Positions 51,887 to 64,000 of a stretch of 64,000 nucleotides of DNA are shown here, one piece after another (within the stretch, counting starts at the first letter, position 1; each line of letters begins with the position of its first letter). The translations under genes were made by a program, and so were the position numbers. Source of the DNA: Mobula hypostoma (Eukaryota); assembly GCF_963921235.1 (NCBI RefSeq), contig NC_086105.1, positions 134,106,001 through 134,170,000 on the forward strand, given 5' to 3'. Under the pieces are notes generated by a model, which was given only the letters and a program-made list of their open reading frames with translations, had not been told where the DNA came from and did not search any database.

Positions 51887-53578
51887 TGTCATGAAATTTA
51901 TTGTTTTGCTGGAGCAGTACAATACATTAAAATACTAAAAGTTACAACAAAAAATACATTTAAAAAGTAGTGCGAAAAGAGAGCATAAGAAATCTAGTGA
52001 CGGAGGGGGAGAAGTTGCTCCTAAACTGTTGACTGTGTGCCTTCAGGTCTATTATTCAGATATTATTGTTTTAGAGGTTACCACATCCCCAACATGGACC
52101 AAGGCCCCCAAAAAAACATAACATATTGTTATTTATTACAAAACACACCGTTAATCCATCGTGACCAAGAGGAAAAGAGATGTTGATAAGTGTGTGAGAG
52201 TGAGTGTTTTATATATGTGTAAGTACACTCAGTAGTCACTTTATTAGCTACACCTGTACACCTGCTCAATAATGCATATATCTAATCAGTCAATCATGTG
52301 GCAGAACTCAATGCGAAAAGCATACAGACATGGTCAAGAAGTTCAGTTGCTGCATGGACCAAACATCAGAATGAGGAAGAAATGTGATCTAAGTGACTTT
52401 GACTGGGGAATGCTTGTTGGTGCCAGACAGGGTTGCTTGAATCTCTCAGAAACTGCAGATCTTCTAGGATTTTCTAGAATTTACAGAAAATGGTGTGTGT
52501 CGGGGTCCTGAATTGCCCCTATGAACTGTGATCGATTACCCCTATTAACTGTGCTTTTGAAAAGAGAGAGAGAGAGAGTTACTTAACACCGACACCTTGT
52601 TTTGAAAGAGAGAGAGAGAGAGAGAGAGAGATGAAGACTAACTGTTGGACTGTCACTTTAAGGAATGAGAAAGAACTGGTTAACTTTTGGATTTCTGCTG
52701 AGTTGGAGACAGCAACGAGCAGCTTGTAAGTTGCTATGGTGACCGAAGGCAGCGTTATTTTATGGACACTCGATCTTATGATTTTCGGCAGGTTGTTGAT
52801 ACTTCTCAAGGACTTTTGCCTGCTTGCATTTCTTCACAGAGAGAGGAAGGAGGAGTTATTTGAATGACAGTTGATGCTCAGCACAGGAAGATAAAATAGG
52901 AGGTCATATGATAGACCTCAAACACATGTTCTGGACACTGAATGAGCATTGTTGTGTCTGCAGGAAAAGTGGGTTTTGGAGGATCGATCAGGCGGATCGA
53001 TCAGTCACTCTTGCGGTGGAAAGAGGAAAAGGGTTGACTGGTGGGGAGTTGTCCATGTGTCCACCCTCGCCTGGGGGATAGCTCCGCTACAGAAAACCGA
53101 TCCCCTTTGTTAAAGTCACAGTCAGTGACTTTTAAAGGATTTCGAAGGACAACAAGAAGATCGACGGCATCAGCTCACCTGAAGACTCAAATCTCTCCTT
53201 CTCTCTCTCTCCATCACTACTCAACTCAATACCATGAACTGAACTTTACTCATCATCATAAGACTGTATCTTTTTACCCCTAGACTTAAAGAAGCTTGGT
53301 TTTTCTTACATATATTTCCACATTTACTGATATACTTACTTACATATATATATAAAATCATTGCCAACCTGTTTTTGATTCATCTACATTTATATTACTG
53401 TATTGCGTAATTACTAATAAATATTATTAGTTTATAACAATACTGGACTCCAAAGTGTTTTCCATCTCTGCTGGATCTTTATTCCCGTCACAGGGTACGT
53501 GACAAAATTGGGGCCTGTGTCCGCGATATGAAGAAATTGGTCAGGAGGCTGGTTTGAGTTGATTGGGGAAAATCCATT

Positions 53579-54706
53579 TTGATTTGGTTGTGTGGAAATA
53601 CAGCAGAAGTGGATGTTAGTGTTGAGGAGTTTCTGTTGGAACCAACCCCAGAAGCGTTGGATGATGCTACGAGGGTTGTGCTGTTGGGAATTGCTCAAAA
53701 GTTAAAATTAAAGGTGACCAGTATAATGAGGAAAGCTCATATGCAGACGATAATAGCCCAGCATTATATAGATCAGGGAACGTTTGATGAGGAGGCGTTA
53801 GAGTTGTTTGTCGGAAGGAAACCTACTGAGGCTGAAGCTCAGTTGAAACTGAAATTGGAATTAAAACAGCTCGAGGCTGAGGCCGCAGAAAAGCAAAGGA
53901 TCCATGAGGCTAGAGAGGCAGCAAAACGGAGAGAAGAGGCAGAAAGACAGAGACTGCTCGAGAGGGAGAAATGGCAACATGACGATCACGTGGCAGACAA
54001 GCAGAGGCAGTTCGAGCTGGAAAAGATAGAGAGGTTGCAGCAAAGAGTTTTAGTGTCGGACCCTGATGATTTTTGCAGCTCGGAAGGGCTTGTTTTGTGT
54101 GATGAATTTAAAAGTTGTGTTCTTAATGGTGTAAGGGCATACCCATATGCAGAGGATACCGCTACCCTGCAGGGGTCTGATAAGAAAGCAGATGAAGAAG
54201 TTTTAACCCACGAGGTTGAGTTTACTCCAGATGAGAGTTTGCCAGAGAATAGCTGGGAGATTTGGGGTGACCTTGAATGTGAAACTGGGACAAGTGATGA
54301 CAGCCCAGAAGAGGCAGCTGCTCTGATTTCACATGTTCAGGTTGTTGAAGTACCTGTGAGTTCACAGGATTCTGAACCTTGTGTTGAAGCTCAGTTAAAG
54401 TCTGAGGTGTCTGACTTGGTTGAAAAGGAATGCAGTTTTTTTGTGTCCGATGATCCTGGTTCAGTGAATAAGGGGTTAACCTTGGTACCAGTGGAATGTG
54501 GGGATTCTCAGTCACTTGTGTTAGACCGTATTTTAAAAGTCGGTGAAGAGGTGGACATTGGTGAGGTCAGCGTTGCTGAAGGTAATGGGAAAAGTGCCGT
54601 TCCTGGATTTTTGGATAAAGTGCTGGAAAAGGTTGGATTGGTTGCACGACCTTTGACCTTGCTTGCAGAACAAAGGCCTGCTGAGAAAGGATGTGCTACT
54701 CTGTAG
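53579..54706 (+). CDS. Gag-like ORF (coiled coil, capsid/SCAN-related remnant, degenerate protease)
   Basis: Directly after the PBS; VLCDEFKSCVLNGVRAY...KADEEVLTH; VECGDSQSLV at the expected DTG site. Confidence 0.7.
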   Translation: MIWLCGNTAEVDVSVEEFLLEPTPEALDDATRVVLLGIAQKLKLKVTSIMRKAHMQTIIAQHYIDQGTFDEEALELFVGRKPTEAEAQLKLKLELKQLEAEAAEKQRIHEAREAAKRREEAERQRLLEREKWQHDDHVADKQRQFELEKIERLQQRVLVSDPDDFCSSEGLVLCDEFKSCVLNGVRAYPYAEDTATLQGSDKKADEEVLTHEVEFTPDESLPENSWEIWGDLECETGTSDDSPEEAAALISHVQVVEVPVSSQDSEPCVEAQLKSEVSDLVEKECSFFVSDDPGSVNKGLTLVPVECGDSQSLVLDRILKVGEEVDIGEVSVAEGNGKSAVPGFLDKVLEKVGLVARPLTLLAEQRPAEKGCATL

Positions 54707-55123
54707 AATTTTGTTTGGACATTTGAACACCTGCAAGGTTAAGTTGTTATTCAGGGTGATGTTATGGAAGCAAATCAAAGTGAATGTTGTAATCAGATGG
54801 GTGGATTGTTTCGTCTCTTCCATAATGTATACCTGGTTCTCATAAGCCTGATGATGGTGCTGAGTTTAGTAAACAATGGAGGCATGTTGATACCTCTCCA
54901 AGATAAGAGTGTTTCAGAAATTCAGCTGATGAGCAAAGCTGCTTTTGAGGCCTATGACAGCAAGACCAGAGGTTTAAATTATGACAATGTGACACAGACT
55001 TTTCTACCTTCCAGATTTCAGCAGGACTTAGAGGGTAGTACAGCTGATAAGAGTAAGATGTATGAGAAAGGTTTGTCTTTATTGAGGAAGGAACTTATAG
55101 AGGAACAGAAGTGAGATTCTGGA

Positions 55124-55921
55124 ATGATGGCTTTAAAGGAGATAGCTCTCACAGGAGAGGAGGTTCAGGGAGAGTCAGTAGGACATTACCTTAAAGATGG
55201 GATGTTGATAAGGAGGTGGAGACCAGCCACTGTGCCTGCAAGTCACGTGGTGGTTCTGAAAGTTTACAGGGCTGATCTTTTAAACATGCCTTACAGTTTG
55301 CCTTTAGGTGGACCTCATGGAGTGAGAAAGACAGTGAATAGGATTGTGAAGGAATTTTACTGGCCTAGTTTAAGAAAGGATCTTGTGAATTGTAACAGGA
55401 TTTGCCATACCTGTCAAGTTGAGGGGAAATCTAATCAGGTTATTCAAGTCGCATTACTTAAACCGATATCTGCTTTTAGTGAACTTTTCCCTAGGGTCAT
55501 AGTGGATTGTGTAGGCCCATTGCTAAAGACTGCAGCTGGTTATCAGTATGTGTTAATAACTATGTGTGCTGCGTCTAGGTCCCCTGACGCAGTGTCTTTT
55601 GAAAATATCGAGGCCAAGACTGTGGTAACAGCATTCAGTAAGTTTTACACACTGGTAGGTCTGCTCAAAGAAATTCAATTTGACCAGGCCAGTAACTTTA
55701 CTTCGAGAACATTCCAGGGGATAGTTAGAGAATTGGAAGCTAAGCACATGGTGTCATCTGCATATCACACAGAGTCCAAGGGAGCCTTAGAACGGCTCAA
55801 CTCAACTCTTAAGACCATGGTTAAAGCACATTGTGTGAGAAATGGAAAAAATTGGGATGAGGGTGGTTCCCCTCCTCTTATTTATTGTTGGAGATTCGAT
55901 TCCGAAGGCATTGGAGTGTAG
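55124..55921 (+). pseudogene. Integrase
   Basis: FYWPSLRKD...CHTCQ; VIVDCVGPL; IQFDQASNF; ESKGALER. Confidence 0.9.
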
Positions 55922-56397
55922 TTTGTTGAAACCTGTATTCAGTTACAGGCCAAAAGGAACTTTCACCCTACTCAGAGAATTCTGGAAGGGATTTAGTAAA
56001 CTTTGTGTCCTTGCAAAGGAAAGTTTACAAAATGGTCGAATCAAAATAAGACTCTTGTTTGCTAGAACTGCAGCTGGGAGAATTGTTATAGAACAAAATG
56101 GAGTCGTGGAATTTGATAATGGAGTGGAAAAACATGATTACCCACTGAATCTAGTCTCACCAAAATGTCAGAATTCCATTGTTTTGGAAAATATTACTGG
56201 TAAGGTCCATCAGTTGGACCCAAAACCACAAAAACAAGTGAAAGGACTAATTGGCATTTTGACACGGTGCACAGGTGCAGTGCAGCACAGCATTATCAAT
56301 TCAGCCCAGACTATGAAACAGCATCTTCACAGGGTGAACTTTGAGGAAAGTAAAGTGGTTGAAGAAGAAATTAGAAACAAGAAAGAACAAGGAAAGA

Positions 56398-57450
56398 GAA
56401 TGGATGTCTGTATTGATAGAATGGGGAAAGCTAAATGCCTTATTAAGATTGACTTGTTAAAATCAATCTTTCTGTTAAAGGTTTTCCTTTAACAGAGAGG
56501 GCTAAAGAGATATCAGCATTTGTGACACCGTCTGGACTGTATGAGTACTATGTTTTACACTTTGGGATGAAAAATGCTCCAGGGATATTTCAAAGAATGA
56601 TCAATTCTGTGATTGGAGGATTAGAAAGCATGGGGGTTTAGATCAATGATTTAGTGGTCTGGAATGACACGTGGGAAGAGCATATTGCAGCTGTAGAAGA
56701 ACAGTCTGACAGACTTTCCAAGACCAATCTTACTGTGAACCTCCCTAAAAGTAAGTTTGGTCATGCTACTGTTATTTATCTTGGCTACGTAGTAGGCCAT
56801 GGCCAACTGGCTCCTGTACAGGCCAAGGTTCAAGCTGTTGCTGAGGTTCCTGTTCTGACTGGCAAGGAAACTTTAAGAAGGTTTTTGGGAATAGTTAGGT
56901 ATTACTGTAAGTTACGTAAGAACTTTGCTGACATTGCTCTGCCCCTAACAAAACTCCTAGGGAAGAGTGAAAGATCTGTATGGAATGATCTTTGCCAGGA
57001 GGCATTTGAATGCCTGAAAACTATCTTGTGTTATCATATTATGCTCAAAGCACCTGGTTTTTCAAAGCCATTTTCTATAGCCACTGGCGTTAGTGACGAA
57101 GCTGCTGGGGCAGTACTGTTACAGGAAGGAGTGAATGACATTGAACATATTTCTCAAGGAAATTTAATGTACACCAGGAAAATTATTCAACTGTTGAAAA
57201 GGAATTACTAGCACTTATTCTGCCCTTACAACATTTTGAGAACAATGTTCAAAAAAAAAACCTTGAAATCTTTCTGTTGTCCAGAGACCAGTTGCGGTTT
57301 ACATGGGCTTTGATCTGTTGGTGTTTCTAATTAAGATGAAGGATAAGAATAGAAGGTCGTTAAATTGGAGTCTGATATTGCAAGAGTGTGACTTAAAAAT
57401 CAAACATGTGAGAGTACTGACAATATTATAGCTGATTAGTTATCCAGATA
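56398..57450 (+). pseudogene. Reverse transcriptase / RNase H, disrupted
   Basis: KIDLLK, AFVTPSGLYEY, FGMKNAP, YLGYVVG, LRRFLG; the YxDD motif reads *IND. Confidence 0.85.
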
Positions 57451-60400
57451 TTAAGTTGGAAATTGTACAGATTTTTGCTCTGTCATCTGATGATTTTACC
57501 GGTATTGTTACAAACACTGTAATTTACATTTAGACAAAAAAAATGTCTTCGTCAAATTTTTTGCTCTGAGGAAGGGGAGTGTGACGGGATCCTGAATTAC
57601 CCCTATGAACTGTGCTCTTGAAAAGAGAGAGAGAAAGTTATTTAACACCGACATCTTGTTTTGAAAGAGAGAGAGAGAGAGAGAGAAAGACTAACTTTTG
57701 GACTGTCGCTTTAAGGAACGAGAAAGAACTGGTTAACTTTTGGATTTCTGCTGAGTTGGAGACAGCAACGAGCAGCTTGTAAGTTGTTATGGTGACAGAA
57801 GGCAGTGTTATTTTATGAACACTCGATGTTATGATTTTCGGTGGGTTGTTGATACTTCTCAAGGACTATTGCCTGCTTGCATTTCTTCACAGAGAGAGGA
57901 AGGATGAGTTATTTGAATGACAGTTGATGCTCAGCACAGGAAGATAAAATAGGAGGTCATATGATAGACCTCAGACACATATTCTGGACACTGAATGAGC
58001 ATTGTTATGCCCACAGGAAAAGTGGGTTTTGGAGGATCGATCAGGCGGATCGATCAGTCGCCGTTGCAGTGGAAAGAGGAAAAGGGTTGACTGGTGGGGA
58101 GTTGTCCATGTGTCCACCCTCTCCTAGGGGACAGCTCCACCACAGAAAACCAATCCCCTTTGTTAAAGTCACAGTCGGTGACTTTTAAAGGATTTCGTAG
58201 GACAACAAGAAGATCGACGGCGTCAGCTCACCTGCAGACTCAAATCTCTCCCCCTCTCTCTCTCCATCACTACTCAACTCAATACAACGAACTGAACTGA
58301 ACTTTACTCATCATCGTAAGACTGTACCTTTTTACCCCTAGACTTAAAGAAGCTTGGTTTTTCATACATATATTTCCACACTTACTGATATACTTACTTA
58401 TATATATAATTATTGCCAACCTGTTTGATTCATCTACATTTATATTACTGTATTGCGTAGTTACTAATAAATATTATTAGGTAATAGCAATACTGGACTC
58501 CAAAGTGTTTTCCATCTCTGCTGATTCTTTATTCCCATCACGGGGTACGTGACAGGTGCAAAAAAAACAAAAACCATCCACTGAGCGGCAATTGTGTGGT
58601 TGAAAAAGTGTTGTTAATGAGAGAGTTCAGAGGAAAATGGTTCAAGCTGGCAGGAAGGTGAAAATAACTCAAATATCGACGTGTTACAACAGTGGTGTGC
58701 AGTAGAGCATCTCTGAAGGCTTATCCCTTGAAGAGGACAGGCTACAACAGCAGAAGACCACAAACATATACTCAGAGGCCACTTTATTAGGTGCAGGAGA
58801 TACCTAATAAAGTGGCTACAGATTGCATATATTAACTTACTTCAGGGAACAGAAGGCATGGAAGTATTGGTGAAAATGGGAGTGGGGAGAATGAGTTTTT
58901 TTTATATCAGTGAACGTTGTGTCATCAGGAGATCTACAGACTAAAAGATCTGTTAATCCAACTCCATCACAGATGATTATTTATTATTAAATCCTGGAGT
59001 AATAATCATGACACACTGTTAGGCTTCAGCTGCATTAAGAACTAATGGTATGAATTCACAATGCTGTGATTATATGGGTTGTTTTATGAAATTTAAAATC
59101 CACACTTAAAGCTTTCCTCACAGTAATTTTAATTTTGGATAGTTCATAAAGAAACAATCTTTTTAATATTCCTATCTTCAATTTATGCTGTAAATACTAA
59201 ATAGGGAATTCAAAACGCATTGTATTGAGTGCAGAGGTTTTCACACAATTGAGATCTCTGGCAGAATATTTCAGCAAGTAACCATTAGTACAAGGGAGGA
59301 AGCATCAGGGATCTACTCATTGTTTTATGGAGTGGGGAGGGGGATCTGGGCACATAACAAAAGGCCCTCAGAAGTCAAAGTTCGATGATGAGCCAATTTA
59401 TCTATTTAGTGGTACAGTGCAGAGAATGTCTTTCAAGACATGCCATCCCAGCAACACCACAACCCTGATTAACCCTAGCCTAACCACAGGACAATTTACA
59501 ATGACCAATTAACCCACCCGGTATGTCTTTGGACTGTGGGAGGAAACTGGAGCACAAAGGCAACACCCACACATTTCACGGGGAGGACATACCGAAATTC
59601 CATACAGAACAGTGCCAGAATTGAATTCCAAGCTCCGGACGGCCCAAGCTGGAATGGTGTCGTGCTAATGCCCATGCTACCGTGGCACCCATTGATGTCA
59701 ATGTGGAGCTCAGTAGAATTGCCAGCACATTCACTTTGAGGTAGTAGCCAATGGCAAACGTTTCAATTGTAATTTTCCAACCAATTCTAATTTTTCACAC
59801 ACTGCACTGATCAAAGGAATGCTTGAAGACTGCTGCTCTGGTCACAGACAAGAATGATCCTGGATGATACTGTCCACACTTCCTCTGTGATTGCAATGGT
59901 GGGCGCCAAGAGTTCGTTTGCTACCTGGTGAAAAAACATAATCAAAATGCCATTACATCAAGAATCCCACAGATCCAAGCCTGAAATACCCAATACACGG
60001 TGTTCTGCACGTTTTGATTTATCACTAGGATATGAACCAACCCATCCCGATAGAGCTCCTTACAGCCAGATTTACCTGGAATTCCATGAGGAATGGACCA
60101 TCAGCCACAGATGATCCACACCAGATTTCAGGCTCTATAAGAGATTCCTACAACCCTACTTCACCTTCGATCCATTCCTTACCAATGCACGTACCTTACT
60201 CTTCCTTAAACACGGCAATTTTAATGTGCAGTCCTAGGGAAGGGCACATTCTAAAATATTTCCCTGTCAGCTTCTCAGTACAAAAAGAGTGAATCCTTCT
60301 TTGTTTCTGCATAAACATCTCCAGTATGTTGCCACGGTCTCATTGCCTGTGAGTGCACTAGAACTTGCACCTTGCAATTGTTTATCCAGTGACTCTTTTA

Positions 60401-60806
60401 TTTCTTTAGATTTGCCAACAATTCCTTTCACTTTTCATGGATTTGTGTTAAAATATCACCCAAGAATAAACTGTGAAGATAAAAATAAGCTGTTGTCCAT
60501 TCCACTAATTTCCCTCCAGCTGCTCTCAGCAATATAAGGATTGATAGAAGAAAAACAAGGTCAGTCTAATTCTTCCCCTTGGTACAATGGTATTGGAGTT
60601 GACTAATTATAACAATCAATCTCAATCAAATTGACTGTGGAATCATTACTGCATGGCAAGAGCCATTCAGCTCATCAAAAATACATTGCATCGTTACATG
60701 AGCAATTATTCCACAGAAGATCTAGAAGTGACATTATGCAAGCTCGTATGACAGAAACCCTTGCAACTCTTCTTCTAAAGTCATCCTTTCTGTCTTAGGT
60801 ACATAC

Positions 60807-63800
60807 TTTCAGGACTGCACAGACAGGCACCTCCCAGTCTCCACCCAGGTAACAGGAGTCATCTACCACTCATTTCCAATTCATCACCCGCAGCCTATTT
60901 AAACCCCGCTCTCATCCGCAGTCCTGGCTCACTCATATGAACCAGCTAGCTTTGACCAGTGGCTCCTAGCCTTCTGTTACTTTGTAAACTTGTTAATCCA
61001 TTGTTGTTTTGTGGCCCCCTTGTGGCTTGTTATTTTGCAGTTTATTATTAAAGCAATTGCTCACTGCTAAATCATCTCTGCTCCTTGGTGTTTGGGTCAA
61101 GCCTCTGCCACATTTCCTGACAGGATGAGTGACCCAGCAGAGTTTCCTTGCCTAAAGGAAGTCATTTACCTTAATGAGTACATAATCCAGTAGCAGCAGG
61201 AAACCACTGAGAGTCTGCTTGCTACTCTGAACCAACTCTGTATCTCATTACAGCAATCATGTGCCAGCAACATTCTTCCTCAGAGCCCAGGAACCTGGTG
61301 CCAAAATGCTTCAAAGCATTGCAGTTTTCTGTCCTAGAGTGTCTTGTACTTTGAGTTGCAGCCACCTCTGTATTCTACAGACTGAGCCAAGATCCCCTTT
61401 GCCATCTCTTTCTTGACCAGGCGAGAGCTGACCTGGGCATTGATCGTATGGATAGCCGGAGGTTTTTTCCCAGGGCTGAAATGCTAACACGAGAGAGCAC
61501 AGTTTTAGGGTGCTTGGAAGTAGGCACAGAGGTGACATCGGGGTAGGTTCTTCACTCAGAGAGTGGTGGGGGTGTGGAGTGCACTGCTGGCGATGGTGGT
61601 GGAGGAGGATCAAATAGAGTCTTTTGAGAAATTCTTAGATAGGTACATGGAGCTTAGAAAAATAGAGGGCTATGTGCTAGGGAAATTTTAGGCAGTTTCT
61701 AGAGTAGGTTACATGGTCGACACAACATTGCGGGCTGAAGGGCCTGTAATGTGCTGTAGATTTCTGTATTCTAACTGGAACAATAAAGCCACTGTCGGTA
61801 GTGAATATGAGGAATTCACTGCTGAAATGTACTGGAAGGGAGGCAACAGATTGGATTCTTCACCTGCTTCGAGACTTGCGCTCGGTGCTGCATTACACTG
61901 GGGTTTCAGGACACTTGCAGCGGGATGCAGCTGGAATGTGGAAGTGCGGCTGGCAGATTACCATCACACATTTGAAAGGTGTGCTGTCTACCCTGTAGAA
62001 GCCCATCAACCTCAAAAGCCTCATCATACTGTACTGACAATCATCTTATGGAACAACCCTCCGGATCTTCAGCCAGACCACCACCCCCTCATTCCATTCC
62101 CAGAATCATTTTGGGCTGCAGGTGCCTTGTCACCCATGTAGTTGGGGGGGGGGCTCCCTTAACCCCACCTCCCACCCCAAGAGCATGAATATTGGTGAGG
62201 AAATAACTTGTGAGCTTATTGCAGAGCAGCTGAGCACCCATGCATCAAATGCCCACTAAGTCCAGGAAAGCAGCACCATCAAATAGAGATGAGGGGCATT
62301 TCATCAAGTAAGCTCACGCCGGCCTCTTGTTCCAGCATCATAGCCTAACACACTCTCTCGGTCCTCATCCACACCCTGATGGCTCTACGGCAGAGGAGGA
62401 GCTCATGAATTCCAGCACAGCAGGTGACTTTTCGGACTGGGCTCTCTGTGCAGCTAGGCTCAGTAAAGGGTCCAATCATTACCCCTTCTGCACCACGGCC
62501 ATTGATGGATATCTGTTGGGCTCTGGAATGGTTAGAGTGTGTACAGGGACTGTGCACATGAGATTTGGAAAGCACCGTGAGTCTATCCCAATTCCTTCAG
62601 ATAGACTGTCCCAATACTCATCTCATGTTGGGCTACCACTGGCTCTCCTCTTGCAACCCTCACTTTTCCTGGTCATTTGCTTCCTTGCTGAGTTGGGGAC
62701 CCATGTGACAGAACGGCTGCCAGCAATCTCAGATGACTTCACACCATAAGAGGATGCTGTCCAAGTTGCATGCCTTCTTGGACAATGTCTCCCATCCACT
62801 ACATAATGTACTGGTTGGGCACAGGAGTACATTCAGCCAGAGACTCATTCCACCGAGATGCAACACAGAGCGTCATAGGAAGTCATTCCTGCCTGTGGCC
62901 ATCAAACTTCACAACTCCTCCCTTGGAGGGTCAGACACCCTGAGCCAATAGGCTGGTCCTGGACTTATTTCCTGGCATAATTTACATATTACTATTTAAA
63001 TATTTATGGCTTTATTACTATTTAACTATTTGTGGCGCAACTGTAGCGAAAACCAATTTCCCCCGGGATCAATGAAGTATGACTATGACTAAATCCCTGA
63101 AGACAGCGGAAACCTGTGACCTCACCAAACTTCTGCAGGAATACCATAACCTAGCCATCGCCTTCAGTAAAAGGAAAACCAGCACCCTGCCATCTCATAG
63201 ACCACACAACTGTGCGACCGACCTCTTGCTGAGCACCACACCTCTCTGAGGTCGCCCTTTCTCCCTCTTCTAACCTGAGACACAAACAACGAATGACTAC
63301 ATCATTGAAGTGCCACTGCACAGCTTGATTCGACTGCTCCAGTTGTCAAACGTTTCAGGGTTCTTCTTTGTCGAAAAGGATGATGGGGATCTCTCTGCCT
63401 GCATTGACTACTGTGGACTTGACTCAACAAAATAAGCATTAAGATCCACTACATATCCCCCTTGATGGATAGGACATTTGAAACACTCCTCAGGGCCCAG
63501 ATCTTCACAAAACTGAATCTACAGAGTGCCTACAATCTGATCTGGATCTGCCAGAGGGATAGGTTGAAGACTGTATTCATAGCACCCACTGGCCACTGCA
63601 AATAATTACAGACTTTCCAACAATCCAGCCATTTTCCAAGCCTTCATCAACAGGATCATCTAAGGTATGAACACAGGTGTGCGTTCATCTACCTCGACCA
63701 CATCCTCATCTTCCCCAAGAACATCTGTCACACCTATTCAGTCCTTCAGCATTTCCTCAAAAAACAAGTTATTAAAATCCCAGTCGACACCCGTCATTTC

Positions 63801-64000
63801 CTTCCTGGGTTATGTCCTTTCACCCCAAGACATAACTATGGACCCAGAGAAAGTGCACACCATCGTTGAATGACCTTGACCGCACTCTCTCAAACAGCTA
63901 CAGTGATTTGTGGGCTTATCCAACTTCAACTGCTGTTTCATCAGGAACTACAGCCCCTCTCGCCTCCCTCACCATATCACCAACCTCACCTATCTCACAG
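60807..64000 (+). mobile_element. Second decayed Tf1/sushi-type element (5' LTR 60807-61122, gag-pro-RT remnants), running off the window
   Basis: LTR is the reverse homologue of 14571-14940; FIYLDHILIF and ISFLGYVLS remnants; CR1 (about 61430-61773) and Rex1-like (about 62735-63090) insertions. Confidence 0.85.

Larger units (their letters stand above)
52496..58554 (+). mobile_element. Gmr1-type Gypsy LTR retrotransposon with both LTRs, defective
   Basis: LTRs 52496-53504 and 57580-58554; perfect GGTG TSD; degenerate tRNA-Pro-like PBS 53509-53527; PPT 57568-57579; order gag-INT-RT-RH. Confidence 0.93.
52226..58825 (+). mobile_element. Tc1 relic split by the Gmr1-type insertion
   Basis: TIRs at both ends; transposase N-terminal remnant KCDLSDFDWGMLVGARQGCLNLSETADLLGFSR. 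Confidence 0.85.

Noticed and set aside
40870-60260. Candidate upstream minus-strand exons near 40870-40920, 41025-41105, 46180-46260 and 59870-60140
   Set aside because: Several alternative frames and weak splice sites; cannot be chosen without homology or RNA data

Overview
Eukaryotic, repeat-dominated genomic DNA. The repeat content (HE1-like tRNA SINEs, CR1 LINEs, Neptune-type Penelope-like elements) suggests a cartilaginous fish, probably a ray; this is inference. Most ORFs in the track are transposon fragments or tandem-repeat artefacts. Main contents: (1) a young, 5'-truncated Penelope-like element (PLE) with an unbroken RT + GIY-YIG frame, a 13-bp TSD and a minimal hammerhead ribozyme motif in its terminal repeat, plus about a dozen decayed hammerhead-bearing ends; (2) a two-LTR Gmr1-type Gypsy element (integrase before RT, 4-bp TSD) nested in a Tc1 relic, and two related solo LTRs; (3) two decayed Tf1/sushi-type chromoviruses whose PBS region is complementary to their own LTR just after the TATA box (self-priming signature); (4) a near full-length RTE LINE with a structured, partly HDV-like leader, and two bipartite tRNA SINEs built from this RTE's 5' UTR and 3' end; (5) CR1, Rex1-like, Tc1 and hAT fragments; (6) 48-bp and 15-bp minisatellites, a ~740-bp purine tract and a 226-N gap; (7) five phase-compatible minus-strand exons (31182 to 20051) encoding the last ~161 aa of a host protein I could not identify. 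I found no CRISPR array, rRNA or bona fide tRNA gene. I cannot establish a wholly new system; the best leads are the retroelement RNA structures and the unannotated spliced gene.
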